From NCBI GenBank assembly GCA_036005845.1, contig DASYQD010000117.1:49581-113580 (forward strand): DNA of 64,000 nt. The letters run 5' to 3'. Made by a program: the position numbers and the translations under genes. Positions 27,243 to 35,727 of the stretch are shown here, piece after piece. Within the stretch, counting starts at the first letter, position 1, and every line of letters starts with the position of its first letter. The stretch comes from Thermoanaerobaculia bacterium (GTDB taxonomy: Bacteria; Acidobacteriota; Thermoanaerobaculia; Multivoradales; JAIOJS01). The notes under the pieces are model-generated. The model did not search any database and had not been told where the DNA came from. It saw nothing but the letters and a program-made list of their open reading frames with translations.

Positions 27243-27818
27243 ATGCTGTGGCAACATGTGGCCTTCCGCCGGGAACCAGACTTGCCGCGAAAGCCGCCGC
27301 TCGTCGTCCGTTGCTCGCTCGTGCTCGCGCTCACGAGCGCCGCTGCCGCGTTCGCCGGCACCTCGACGGCGCCCAACCCGGTCGTCACCTTCAGCTCGCC
27401 GGGCACGAAGCAGGTGTCGCTGCAGGCCTGCAACAGCGGCGGCTGCAACACCGTGGTCAAGTCGGTGTCGGTGCTCGACCCGATGCCGGCGGTCACCAGT
27501 CTCCTCGCCACCCCCAACCCCGTCGTCCAGGGCGACACCGTCCATCTGACGGGTGTCGGCAATGGCGCGCCGCCGCTGACCTTCAACTGGCGCATCCTCG
27601 ACCCCGGCGGAACGCAAGTGGCGACATTCTCTGGCGCCAGCGCCGACTGGACCGTCAACGTCGCGCCCGGCGTCTACTCGGTCTACCTCGACCTCGGCAA
27701 CTCGCATGGTGTGCAGACGCCGCAGCCGGCGCCGGTCGTCGTGCTCATCACGCCTTTCATCTTCAGCGACGGCTTCGAGCAGGGGAACACCAACCTCTGG
27801 CTCAGCCCGCCGCCCTGA
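27243..27818 (+). CDS. Secreted PKD-domain protein with C-terminal IFSDGFEQG..W tag
   Basis: Hydrophobic signal ending AAFA. NPVVTFSSPGTKQVSLQACN and LTFNWRI PKD motifs; ends FIFSDGFEQGNTNLWLSPPP. The start may be slightly later. Confidence 0.7.
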   Translation: MLWQHVAFRREPDLPRKPPLVVRCSLVLALTSAAAAFAGTSTAPNPVVTFSSPGTKQVSLQACNSGGCNTVVKSVSVLDPMPAVTSLLATPNPVVQGDTVHLTGVGNGAPPLTFNWRILDPGGTQVATFSGASADWTVNVAPGVYSVYLDLGNSHGVQTPQPAPVVVLITPFIFSDGFEQGNTNLWLSPPP

Positions 27819-27849
27819 GGCCGCGCGCGGCGGCGCCTCGCCGCGGTCG

Positions 27850-29190
27850 CTAGCGCGACCAGTCGCGATCCCATAGGCCGCCGACGCAGGTGGCGGCGAG
27901 CGCGGATTCGGCGCCGCCGAAGATGAGGGCAGCGAGCAGATCATCTGACGCCGCGCCGGCGAGCAGCGGCGAGGCGAGGTCGACGGCGACGAAGTCCGCC
28001 CAGGTGCCCGGCGCGATGCGTCCGGCCGGAACGCCGAGCGCGGCGGCGCCGCCCATCGTGCCGGCGGCGAGCAGCAGCGGCGCCACCGCGTCGTCCTCGC
28101 CGGCGAGCACGCCGCGCTTCTCGCTCTTGAGCCGCTGGCCGTACTCGAGCCAGCGCATCTCCTCGAGGGGCGAGATGCGTGCGTTCGAGTCGCTCCCCAG
28201 GCAGAGCCGGCGATGGCTCTCGGGGACGGTGGCGAGCGGCGGGATGCCGTCGCCGAGGTTGCCTTCGGTCGTCGGGCAGATGCAGATGCGGCCGCCGAGC
28301 TGCACGAAGCGGCGGAGCTGGTCGGGGCGGCTGTGGGTGCAGTGCACGGCGGTGACGCCGTCGAGGCCGCCGGGCTGCTCGAGCAGCAGCTCCAGCGGCC
28401 GCTTGCCGTAGGCGGCGCGGCACTCGGCGATCTCCTGCTGCTGCTCCTCGACGTGGATGTGGAACGGCAGCCCCTGCCGCCGCGACTCGGCGAGCAGGCC
28501 GCGCAGCTCCGGCAGCGGCACGGCGCGGATGCTGTGGCCGACGACGCCGAGGCTCTGCGTGCGAAGGTCGAGGCGGCCGCCGAGCTGCTCGACCTGCTTC
28601 CAGTAGCCGGCGAGCGTCGCCGTCTCGAACCGCCGCTGCGCGCCTTGCAGCGGCGCCCCGACGCCGCCGGTCTTGTAGTAGGTCTGCAGCAGCACCAGGC
28701 GGATGCCCGCCTCGGCGCCGGCGGCGAGCACCGCCTCGTCGCCGACGAAGTCCGCGCCGCCGCCGCTGTGGTGGAGGTAGTGGAACTCGCCGACGCAGGT
28801 GATGCCGGCGCGGCGCATCTCGCGAAAGGCGAGCAGCGTGAGGTCGAAGAGGCGCTCCGGCGTCAGCGACTCGACGAGCCCGTACATCGCCTCGCGCCAG
28901 CTCCAGAACGAGCCCGCGCCAGTGGGAAATCGCTCGCCCTGGCCGCGCAGGCCGCGCTGGAAGGCGTGCGAATGCGCGTTGACGAAGCCGGGGAGCAGCG
29001 CGATGCCCGGCAGCCGCAGCAGGCGCAGCGGCGGCGCCGTGCCGTCGGCGGCCTCGGCCGCCGCCGTCGCCTCGGCGAGTGGACCGATGCGCCCCACGCG
29101 TCCGTCCTCGTCGACCCACACCGCGAGCGCCGGCCTGAGGGCGCCGTCGCTCCAGGTGAGCTCGGCGGCGACGACCTGCCGCGGCGTCAC
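27850..29190 (-). CDS. hutF: Formimidoylglutamate deiminase
   Basis: PGFVNAHSHAFQRGLRG, EFHYLHH, CPTTEGNLGDG and GSDSN. GTG at 29190 overlaps the upstream stop. Confidence 0.85.
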   Translation of the reverse strand: MTPRQVVAAELTWSDGALRPALAVWVDEDGRVGRIGPLAEATAAAEAADGTAPPLRLLRLPGIALLPGFVNAHSHAFQRGLRGQGERFPTGAGSFWSWREAMYGLVESLTPERLFDLTLLAFREMRRAGITCVGEFHYLHHSGGGADFVGDEAVLAAGAEAGIRLVLLQTYYKTGGVGAPLQGAQRRFETATLAGYWKQVEQLGGRLDLRTQSLGVVGHSIRAVPLPELRGLLAESRRQGLPFHIHVEEQQQEIAECRAAYGKRPLELLLEQPGGLDGVTAVHCTHSRPDQLRRFVQLGGRICICPTTEGNLGDGIPPLATVPESHRRLCLGSDSNARISPLEEMRWLEYGQRLKSEKRGVLAGEDDAVAPLLLAAGTMGGAAALGVPAGRIAPGTWADFVAVDLASPLLAGAASDDLLAALIFGGAESALAATCVGGLWDRDWSR

Positions 29191-30365
29191 GCGTGGCGAC
29201 CCGCGGCAACACGCTCGTCGCGACAGCGGCCGGCGATCAGGCGCTCGAGCACGCGGCGCGCGGCGGCGAGGTCGGCGATCGGCACGTGCTCGTCGGGCTT
29301 GTGGGCGACGCGGATCGAGCCGGGCCCGAAGAGCGCGCACTCCATGCCCATCTTCTGCAGCCAGCCGGCGTCGGTGGCGTAGTCGGCTGCGGTCTCGCCC
29401 GGCTCGCCAACCAGCGCGCAGAGCTCGCGAAACAGCGGCGCATCCGCGGCGAGCTCCATCGGGTGCGAGACGGAGAGCAGCTCCCAGTCGGGCGCGTCGG
29501 CGCCGGTGGACGAAGCCGCGGTCTCTTGCAGCCGCGCCGCCACCGCCGCGGCGTCCATTCCCGGCAGCAGCCGCACGCCGACGTCGACGATGCAGCGGTC
29601 GGGCACCACGTTGATCGCCGTGCCGCCCTCGACGCGCGCGACGTTGAGCGACGGGCCGGGGCTCTCGCGGAAGCTCGCCGAGCTGGGCAGCCGCTCGCGC
29701 TGGAGCTCGCGTCCCAGCTCGGCGAGAGCGACGATCAGCCGCCCCGCCGGCTCGATGGCGTTCCTGCCCAGGTGCGGGTAGGCGCTGTGCGCGCTGATGC
29801 CGTGGAGGGTGAAGCGCGCCTTGAGGTGCCCCTTGTGCACGCGTACCGGCTGCAGCTCCGTTGGCTCGCCGATCACCGCCTCGCGTGGCAGCGGATGGCC
29901 GGCCGGCCAGTGGTCGTGCAGGTGGGCGGCACCGAGGGTGCCGAGCTCCTCGTCGTAGGTGAGGACGAGCACGAGCGGCTGCTGCAGCGACGCGGGCTCG
30001 ATCGCGGCGGCGAGGTTCGCGGCGACGGCGAGGAAACCCTTCATGTCGGCGGCGCCGCGCGCGAAGAACGCCCCGTTGCGCTCGTGCAGCTCGAAGGGCG
30101 GCGTCGTCCAGCCGTCGCCGGCGGGCACGACATCCATGTGCCCCGAGAGCACCAAGCCGCGCCGCGTCGACGCGTCGGTCGGCGGCCCCATCTCGACCAC
30201 CAGGTTGGTCTTCGGCTGGTCGGCCGGCGCGTCGCGGTGGATGCGCACTCCCGGCCGCTCGAGGTACTCGCAGAGGAAGTCCGCGAGCGGCAGGTTGCTG
30301 TTGCTGCTCGTGCTGTCGAAGGCGACGAGTCGCGCCAGCAGGTCGCGATCGGAAAGCAAAGGCAT
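29187..30365 (-). CDS. argE: Acetylornithine deacetylase-like M20A amidohydrolase
   Basis: LSGHMDVVP, GAADMKGF, YDEELG, IGEPT and AHKPDEHV. Confidence 0.8.
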   Translation of the reverse strand: MPLLSDRDLLARLVAFDSTSSNSNLPLADFLCEYLERPGVRIHRDAPADQPKTNLVVEMGPPTDASTRRGLVLSGHMDVVPAGDGWTTPPFELHERNGAFFARGAADMKGFLAVAANLAAAIEPASLQQPLVLVLTYDEELGTLGAAHLHDHWPAGHPLPREAVIGEPTELQPVRVHKGHLKARFTLHGISAHSAYPHLGRNAIEPAGRLIVALAELGRELQRERLPSSASFRESPGPSLNVARVEGGTAINVVPDRCIVDVGVRLLPGMDAAAVAARLQETAASSTGADAPDWELLSVSHPMELAADAPLFRELCALVGEPGETAADYATDAGWLQKMGMECALFGPGSIRVAHKPDEHVPIADLAAARRVLERLIAGRCRDERVAAGRHA

Positions 30366-30373
30366 CGGGCCGC

Positions 30374-31141
30374 TCAACTCCTCGACGCCGCGCCCGAGCT
30401 CGCACCGGACGCTCGCGGCTCCGGCATCGCGCGCGGGCGCGGCCGCCACGGCCGCAGCAGCGCCAGGTAGCTCACGCTGGTGCCGAGGATCGCCATCTTC
30501 GACCTGCCGCGGCGGCGGAACACGAAGTGGATCGGTTCCTCGCGCACCACCAGGCCGGCGGCGCGGGCCTGCAGCAGCAGCTCGGGAAGAAAGGCGAAGC
30601 CGTCGTTGACGAACGACAAACCGCGCAGCGCCGCCGCGCGGTAGACGCGAAAGCCTGAGGTCTTGTCGCCGACCTCGAGACGGAAGAGGTGGCGCATCAC
30701 GGCATTGCCGCACCACGACAACGCCCGCTTCCACGCCGGCGTGCCCTCGACGGCGCTGCCGGCGACGAAGCGCGAGCCGATCAGCAGGTCGCAGCCCGAG
30801 CGCGCCGCCGAGTCGAGCAGGCGCGGCAGCTCTTCGGGGCGGTGGTTGAGGTCGGCATCCATGGTGACCACCACGTCGACGTCGGGCGGCACCGCCGCGA
30901 AGCCGCGCCGGAAGGCGGCGCCGATGCCCGACGGCTCCTCGTGATAGAGCACCTGCAGCTGCGGCAGCTCGCCGGCGAGCCGCTCCAACACCTCGCGCGT
31001 GCCGTCGCGCCCCTCGACGACGAAGATCGCCTGCCAGCGCCAATCCTCGAGCGGCAAGAGTGCCGCCTGCAGGCGCCGCACGAGCGGCTCCACGTTCTCG
31101 CGCTCGTCGTAGGCGGCGACGACCACCGCGAGCCGCCTCAT
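30374..31141 (-). CDS. GT2 glycosyltransferase, polyprenol-phosphate mannose synthase-like
   Basis: VVVAAYDEREN, GIGAAFRRG, MDADLNH, LIGSRF and DKTSGFRVYR. Confidence 0.85.
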   Translation of the reverse strand: MRRLAVVVAAYDERENVEPLVRRLQAALLPLEDWRWQAIFVVEGRDGTREVLERLAGELPQLQVLYHEEPSGIGAAFRRGFAAVPPDVDVVVTMDADLNHRPEELPRLLDSAARSGCDLLIGSRFVAGSAVEGTPAWKRALSWCGNAVMRHLFRLEVGDKTSGFRVYRAAALRGLSFVNDGFAFLPELLLQARAAGLVVREEPIHFVFRRRGRSKMAILGTSVSYLALLRPWRPRPRAMPEPRASGASSGAASRS

Positions 31142-31818
31142 GCCGTCTTCATTCCCACCAGCACGAGGTGGATGAAGGAGTCGCGCGGCGTGAAGTCGGC
31201 GGCGAGGGGCTGCAAGCCGGCGGCGGCGAGCGTGGCGCGGCCCTGGCGGCGCGACCCGAGGCGGTTCACCTCGTCCGGGAAGAAGCGGAAACGGCGGCGG
31301 GTGGCGACGCTGCGCAGCGCCTCGACCGGCGCCAGCACGCAGCGCGAGAGGCCGAAGGAGGGCGGCCAGAACAGCACGGCGCGGCCGCCGGGACGCAGGG
31401 CGCGGCGCAGCTCGGCCAGCACGGCGAGACCGTCCGCCGGCGGGAAGTGCTCGAGCACGCCCAGGTTCCAGAAGCCGGCGACGGCGCCGTCGGCGAACGG
31501 CAGCGCGCGCAGATCGGCGGCGACGCGGAAATGGTACGGCGGCAGACCGCGGCCGGAGAGCAGGACGGGTAGCGAGAAGTCGAGGCCGACGAGGCGGCGT
31601 TTCCCGCGGCGGACGACGGCCGACGCCTCGCCGGTGCCGCAGCCGGCTTCGACGAGCACGCCCTCGGCAGCCAGCCAGCGGTCGGTGTAGTGGCGCACCG
31701 CCGGCCGCAGGACGGCGCGGCGGACCCAGCTCGCCAGCCGGCCGAAGACCGCCGAGCCGTCGAGGCTCCGCCAATGCTGGTCCCAGGCCTGCCGTCCGGC
31801 CGCGCTCGCGTTCGCCAT
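31138..31818 (-). CDS. Class I SAM-dependent methyltransferase
   Basis: VEAGCGTG, GLDFS, ADLRALPF and NLGVLEHF. Overlaps the downstream GT2 start. Confidence 0.8.
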   Translation of the reverse strand: MANASAAGRQAWDQHWRSLDGSAVFGRLASWVRRAVLRPAVRHYTDRWLAAEGVLVEAGCGTGEASAVVRRGKRRLVGLDFSLPVLLSGRGLPPYHFRVAADLRALPFADGAVAGFWNLGVLEHFPPADGLAVLAELRRALRPGGRAVLFWPPSFGLSRCVLAPVEALRSVATRRRFRFFPDEVNRLGSRRQGRATLAAAGLQPLAADFTPRDSFIHLVLVGMKTA

Positions 31819-31871
31819 GGTGAGTGCGCCGTCATGATAGCGGCTAGGCTTGCCGCCGCCTGCCACCACCG

Positions 31872-32417
31872 ATGGACGACGACGCGCGGCTCATCGCCCT
31901 GCTGCTCGCCGGAGACGACGCAGCCATCGCCGAGGTGCGTGGCTGGGTCGCCGCCGCCGTGGGCCGCTATCGCGCGCGGCTCCTCGGCGACGCCGAGGAC
32001 CTCGAGCAGGAGGCGCTGCTCGACTTGATGGAGTCGCTGGCAAACGGCCGCTTCCGCGCCCAGAGCCGGCTCGCCACCTACGTCCACTCCTACGCCCGGT
32101 TCAAGTGCATCGACCGCCTGCGCACCCTCGGCCGCCGCGACATGGTCGAGCTCGACGACGAGGCGCTGCACACGGCGGCGCCATCGCCGCTCGAAGAGCT
32201 GACGCAGCGCGAGAGCGCGGAATTGGCGCAGCGGGTCGTCGCCGCGCTGCCCGCGGGCTGCCGGGAGCTCTGGGAGATGATCGCCGACGGCATGTCCTAC
32301 CAGGCGATGAGCGCGGCGATGGGCGTCGGCGAAGGCGCCATCCGCGTGCGCGTCCACCGCTGCCGGCAGCGGGCGCTCGCCATCCGACTGCGGCTGCTCG
32401 CCGGAGAGGACCTGTAA
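31872..32417 (+). CDS. ECF RNA polymerase sigma factor
   Basis: Region 2 DAEDLEQEALL...CIDRLR; region 4 MSYQAMS...GAIRVRVHRCRQ. Confidence 0.9.
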   Translation: MDDDARLIALLLAGDDAAIAEVRGWVAAAVGRYRARLLGDAEDLEQEALLDLMESLANGRFRAQSRLATYVHSYARFKCIDRLRTLGRRDMVELDDEALHTAAPSPLEELTQRESAELAQRVVAALPAGCRELWEMIADGMSYQAMSAAMGVGEGAIRVRVHRCRQRALAIRLRLLAGEDL

Positions 32418-32440
32418 CGGAATCGGGCCGGCGACGACAA
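32413..32440 (+). promoter_or_regulatory. Putative ECF-type promoter overlapping the sigma stop codon
   Basis: TGTAAC (32413-32418), 16 nt, CGACAA (32435-32440). Fits the AAC...CG ECF consensus and lies just upstream of the anti-sigma gene. Confidence 0.55.
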
Positions 32441-32446
32441 ACCGGG

Positions 32447-33151
32447 GTGAAGGCACCCCTTGCCGTGACACCCTCCACGCCCGAGCCCTGCCGCCTCACC
32501 ACGCTGGCGCTGCCGTGGCTGCTCAACGGCAGCCTGGCGCCGGCGGAACGGTGCGAGGTGCGCGAGCACCTGATCCACTGCCCGAGCTGCCGCGCCGAGC
32601 TCGAGCGGACGCGCGAGACGCTGGTGGTGTTCCGTGCCGCCGCGGCGGCGACGGAGCAGCCGCGCGTGGCCGCGGCCGGCGCGACTCGGATCGCCAGCCG
32701 CGGCAGGGTGCTGCGGCCGCTGGCCTGGGCGGCGATGGTCGCCGCGATCCTGGGAAGCGCGTGGCTGGCGCGGACGTGGGTCGCCGGGCCCACGCCGATG
32801 CGCAGCGCCGAACGGCAACGGCAGGCACCGCCGTCCGCGCCAGCGGTCACGACGCCGGTGCGCATGGCCAGCGTCGCACCACTTGCCTCGCCGCCGCCGT
32901 CCGCCGCTCCGGTCTCCGCGTCGAGGCCGTCCGCGAGCGCCGCGCGGCCGCGGCGGCGCGCCGACAGCCACACCGCGGCGCCCACGCGTCCCGAGGTGAT
33001 CTCCGTGGCCAGCTTCGAGAACGGCACGGTCGCGTCGACGAACGGCGAGGTCGAGGTCGCGCCCGCCAGCTCGAAGATCTCGACGGTCGACTTCGAGAAC
33101 GGCGAGCTTGCCGGCAGTCAGATTCATGCCATACCTGGACGGATACAATGA
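32447..33151 (+). CDS. ZAS (zf-HC2) transmembrane anti-sigma factor with duplicated C-terminal FENG motif
   Basis: LPWLLNGSL...EHLIHCPSC (HxxxCxxC). One TM (LAWAAMVAAILGSAWLA), a Pro/Ala linker, then ISVASFENG and ISTVDFENGEL. Start is 32447 or 32465. Confidence 0.8.
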   Translation: MKAPLAVTPSTPEPCRLTTLALPWLLNGSLAPAERCEVREHLIHCPSCRAELERTRETLVVFRAAAAATEQPRVAAAGATRIASRGRVLRPLAWAAMVAAILGSAWLARTWVAGPTPMRSAERQRQAPPSAPAVTTPVRMASVAPLASPPPSAAPVSASRPSASAARPRRRADSHTAAPTRPEVISVASFENGTVASTNGEVEVAPASSKISTVDFENGELAGSQIHAIPGRIQ

Positions 33152-33198
33152 GGCCGAATCACCGGCCCAAGACGACGAGAATCACGAGGAGCTCGACC

Positions 33199-34779
33199 AT
33201 GCGTAGTGTCCTTCGTTCCACCGCCACGGCCGCCGCGCTGCTGCTGGCCGGCGCCAGCGGCCTGCTGGCCAACTCGATCGCGGTGCAGCCGGGCCGCCAC
33301 GGCGGTACCTGCGGCGTCAACAACACCAACAACGACCGCTACGGCGGCAACTGCGGCGCGCGCGTCACGCTCGACACCGGCGCTGCGCCGTTCGCCTACG
33401 TGCAGGACAACACGCCCTCGGGCGAAGGCGCTTACCGCGTCCGCTTCTACGTCAACACCAGCACGATGGCGTTCACCGCCGGCAGCTTCGACGTCTTCGC
33501 CGCCTACGATCCGGTGAGCGATCCGCCGGCCGGCAGCTCCGCCGGCACTCCGGTGCTGCGCGCCCAGCTCGGCAGCGGCAACCCGCGCGTGCTCAACGTC
33601 TTCGGGTTGCTCGACGCCGGCGGCGAGACGGCGATCGGTCCGTTCTCGATCGCCAGCGGCTGGCACGCCATCGAGATCGAGTGGACCCGCGCCGGCGCCG
33701 GCCAGAACAACGGCCACCTCAACCTCTGGCTCGACGGCGTCGCGCAGACCGGCACCAACGGCCTCGACAACGACACCCACACCATCAACACCGTCCGCTG
33801 GGGCTACGTTTCCGGCAGCCCGACGTTCAGCGGCCGCCTGCTGATCGACGAGTTCGCCTCGCAGCGCACCGGCCAGATCGGGCTCGTCCCCTTCACCGGC
33901 CAGCAGATGGCCGCCGACTTCGACGGCGACGGCGACGGCGACGTCGTCCTCGAGCGCAACGGCTCGTGGCTGTTCTACGACTACGCCACCGGCACCCTCG
34001 CCAACACGGTTGCCCTCGGCAGCGGCGGCTCGTGCATCCCCACTCCGGGTAACTACGACGGCGACTTCGACAGCGACATCTCCCGCCTCTGCTCGGGGGC
34101 GTGGCACTTCTACAACGCCAACGGCAGCTACGCGGGCGGCATCTGGACCGGCTCGCCGCCGGACGTCTATCCGGCGCCGGCGGACTACGACGGCGACGGC
34201 GACACCGACGTCGTCATCTTCGACAACGGCGCCTGGCACTTCTTCGCCTATCCCGGCGGCGCCTACCTCGGCGGCTACTGGACGGGCGGCTCCAACAGCC
34301 AGGTGCGTCCGGTGCCGCTCGACTACGACGGCGACGGCGCGGCCGAGCTCAGCCTCTACGGCCAGGGCGCCTGGCACTTCTTCAACGACAACGGGACTTA
34401 CAACCACGGTATCTGGATGGGCGACACGCCGGGCAACATCCCGGTGCCGTTTGACCGCGACGGCGACGGCGACGAGGACGCGGTGCTGTTCAACAACAAC
34501 AACACCTGGCACTTCTTCGACTTCGCGACGGGCGCCTACCAGGGCGGGGTGATCACGGCGCGCCCGGGCGGCGGCTCCTACACCAACCCGCAGCCGGCGC
34601 CGGTCGACGTCGACGGTGACGGCCACATGGAGCTGAGCGTCTACGAGGTCGTCGGTGGCAACGGGTTCTGGCACTTCTTCTCGAGCACCGGCACCTTCCT
34701 GAAGACGATCAACACCGGCGCCGCCAACAACGACAATCCGATCTCGCGCCGGTTGCGCGTGGCGTCGCCCGGCATCTAG
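33199..34779 (+). CDS. Secreted protein: jelly-roll/LamG-like N-terminal domain plus six-repeat DYDGDG propeller
   Basis: GAGGAG RBS and signal peptide. AYVQDNTP..YRVRFY..WHAIEIEW..LWLDG..LDNDT..VRWG..DEFASQR, then six DxDGDG/GAWHF repeats ending NPISRR. Confidence 0.8.
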   Translation: MRSVLRSTATAAALLLAGASGLLANSIAVQPGRHGGTCGVNNTNNDRYGGNCGARVTLDTGAAPFAYVQDNTPSGEGAYRVRFYVNTSTMAFTAGSFDVFAAYDPVSDPPAGSSAGTPVLRAQLGSGNPRVLNVFGLLDAGGETAIGPFSIASGWHAIEIEWTRAGAGQNNGHLNLWLDGVAQTGTNGLDNDTHTINTVRWGYVSGSPTFSGRLLIDEFASQRTGQIGLVPFTGQQMAADFDGDGDGDVVLERNGSWLFYDYATGTLANTVALGSGGSCIPTPGNYDGDFDSDISRLCSGAWHFYNANGSYAGGIWTGSPPDVYPAPADYDGDGDTDVVIFDNGAWHFFAYPGGAYLGGYWTGGSNSQVRPVPLDYDGDGAAELSLYGQGAWHFFNDNGTYNHGIWMGDTPGNIPVPFDRDGDGDEDAVLFNNNNTWHFFDFATGAYQGGVITARPGGGSYTNPQPAPVDVDGDGHMELSVYEVVGGNGFWHFFSSTGTFLKTINTGAANNDNPISRRLRVASPGI

Positions 34780-35203
34780 CCAAGCGGCGAGCCCTTCGGT
34801 CCCGCAGAGCTCTCGCCCGCAGCGGCGCTGGCCCTCCAAGCCGGCGCCCTGCGGGCGATTCTGGTTTTGGTCAGGGCAGCATGCGGCGCGAGATCGGGCG
34901 ATCGGTGCTGGCGGCGCCGGTGTTGACGGTGCGCAGGAAAGTGCCGTTGACCGAGAAGAAGTGCCAGAAGCCGGTGCCGCCCACCACTTCGTAGACGCCC
35001 AGCTCGGGCTTGCCGTCGCCGTCGAGATCGAGCGGCGCGGGACGGGGGTTGGTGTAGGCGCCGCCGCCGGGCCGCGGCGTCATCACGCCGCCCTGGTAGG
35101 CGCCGGTCGCGAAGTCGAAGAAGTGCCAGGAATTGTTGTTGTTGAACAGCACCGGGTCCTCGTCGCCGTCGCCGTCACGGTCGAACGGCACCGGGATGTT
35201 GCC
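34432..35203. repeat. Long imperfect inverted repeat formed by the 3' ends of two convergent propeller genes (arms about 34432-34751 and 34883-35203)
   Basis: Near-identical coding stretches such as GNIPVPFDRDGDGDED.VLFNNNN.WHFFDFATGAYQGGV, with long exact nucleotide matches. Confidence 0.85.
34813..34868 (+). terminator. Long hairpin with T-rich tail between the convergent genes
   Basis: TCGCCCGCAG (34813-34822) and CTGCGGGCGA (34849-34858) plus an inner GC stem, followed by TTCTGGTTTT. Confidence 0.65.
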
Positions 35204-35713
35204 GGCGGTGTTGCCGACCCAGATGCCCTTGAGGTAGCTGCCGTTCTCGTTGAAGAAGTGCCAGGCGCCCAGCGAGTAGAGGCTCTTGTCGGTGAAGCCG
35301 TCGCCGTTGAAGTCCAGCGGCACCGGCACAGCGCTGGGGTCGCTTCCCGTCCAGCGGCTGCGCGCGCTGTCGTAGGTGCCGGTGGTGTAATTGTAGAAGT
35401 GCCAGGCGCCGGCGTCGAAGAAGACGACGTCGGTGATGCCGTCGCCGTCGTAGTCGGCAGGCACCGGGAAAGCGCTCTGCGGCGCGCCCGTCCAAATGCC
35501 TTTGATGTAGCTGCCGTTGGCATTGTAAAAGTGCCAGGCGCCGGAGCAGAGCTGCGCGAAGTCGATGTCGCCATCGCCGTCGAAATCGCCGGGGGCCGGG
35601 ATGCAGGTGGGCCCGCCGCCGGTGACGATCGACTGCGCCCAGGCCGGCGACGCGGCGACGGCGAGCGATGCGGCGGCGAGCAGCCAGAAGCTTGCGAGGC
35701 GCAGTGGTCTCAT
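34871..35713 (-). CDS. Secreted five-repeat DYDGDG propeller protein lacking repeat 1
   Basis: GGAG RBS, ATG 35713, signal peptide MRPLRLASFWLLAAASLAVAASPAWA. Starts at the Cys-containing repeat 2 and ends RPISRRMLP. Confidence 0.85.
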   Translation of the reverse strand: MRPLRLASFWLLAAASLAVAASPAWAQSIVTGGGPTCIPAPGDFDGDGDIDFAQLCSGAWHFYNANGSYIKGIWTGAPQSAFPVPADYDGDGITDVVFFDAGAWHFYNYTTGTYDSARSRWTGSDPSAVPVPLDFNGDGFTDKSLYSLGAWHFFNENGSYLKGIWVGNTAGNIPVPFDRDGDGDEDPVLFNNNNSWHFFDFATGAYQGGVMTPRPGGGAYTNPRPAPLDLDGDGKPELGVYEVVGGTGFWHFFSVNGTFLRTVNTGAASTDRPISRRMLP

Positions 35714-35727
35714 CGTGACGTCTCCGC

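Noticed and set aside
27850-30405. 851-aa minus-strand ORF
   Set aside because: The upstream part overlaps argE in another frame; recognisable HutF sequence begins at 29190.
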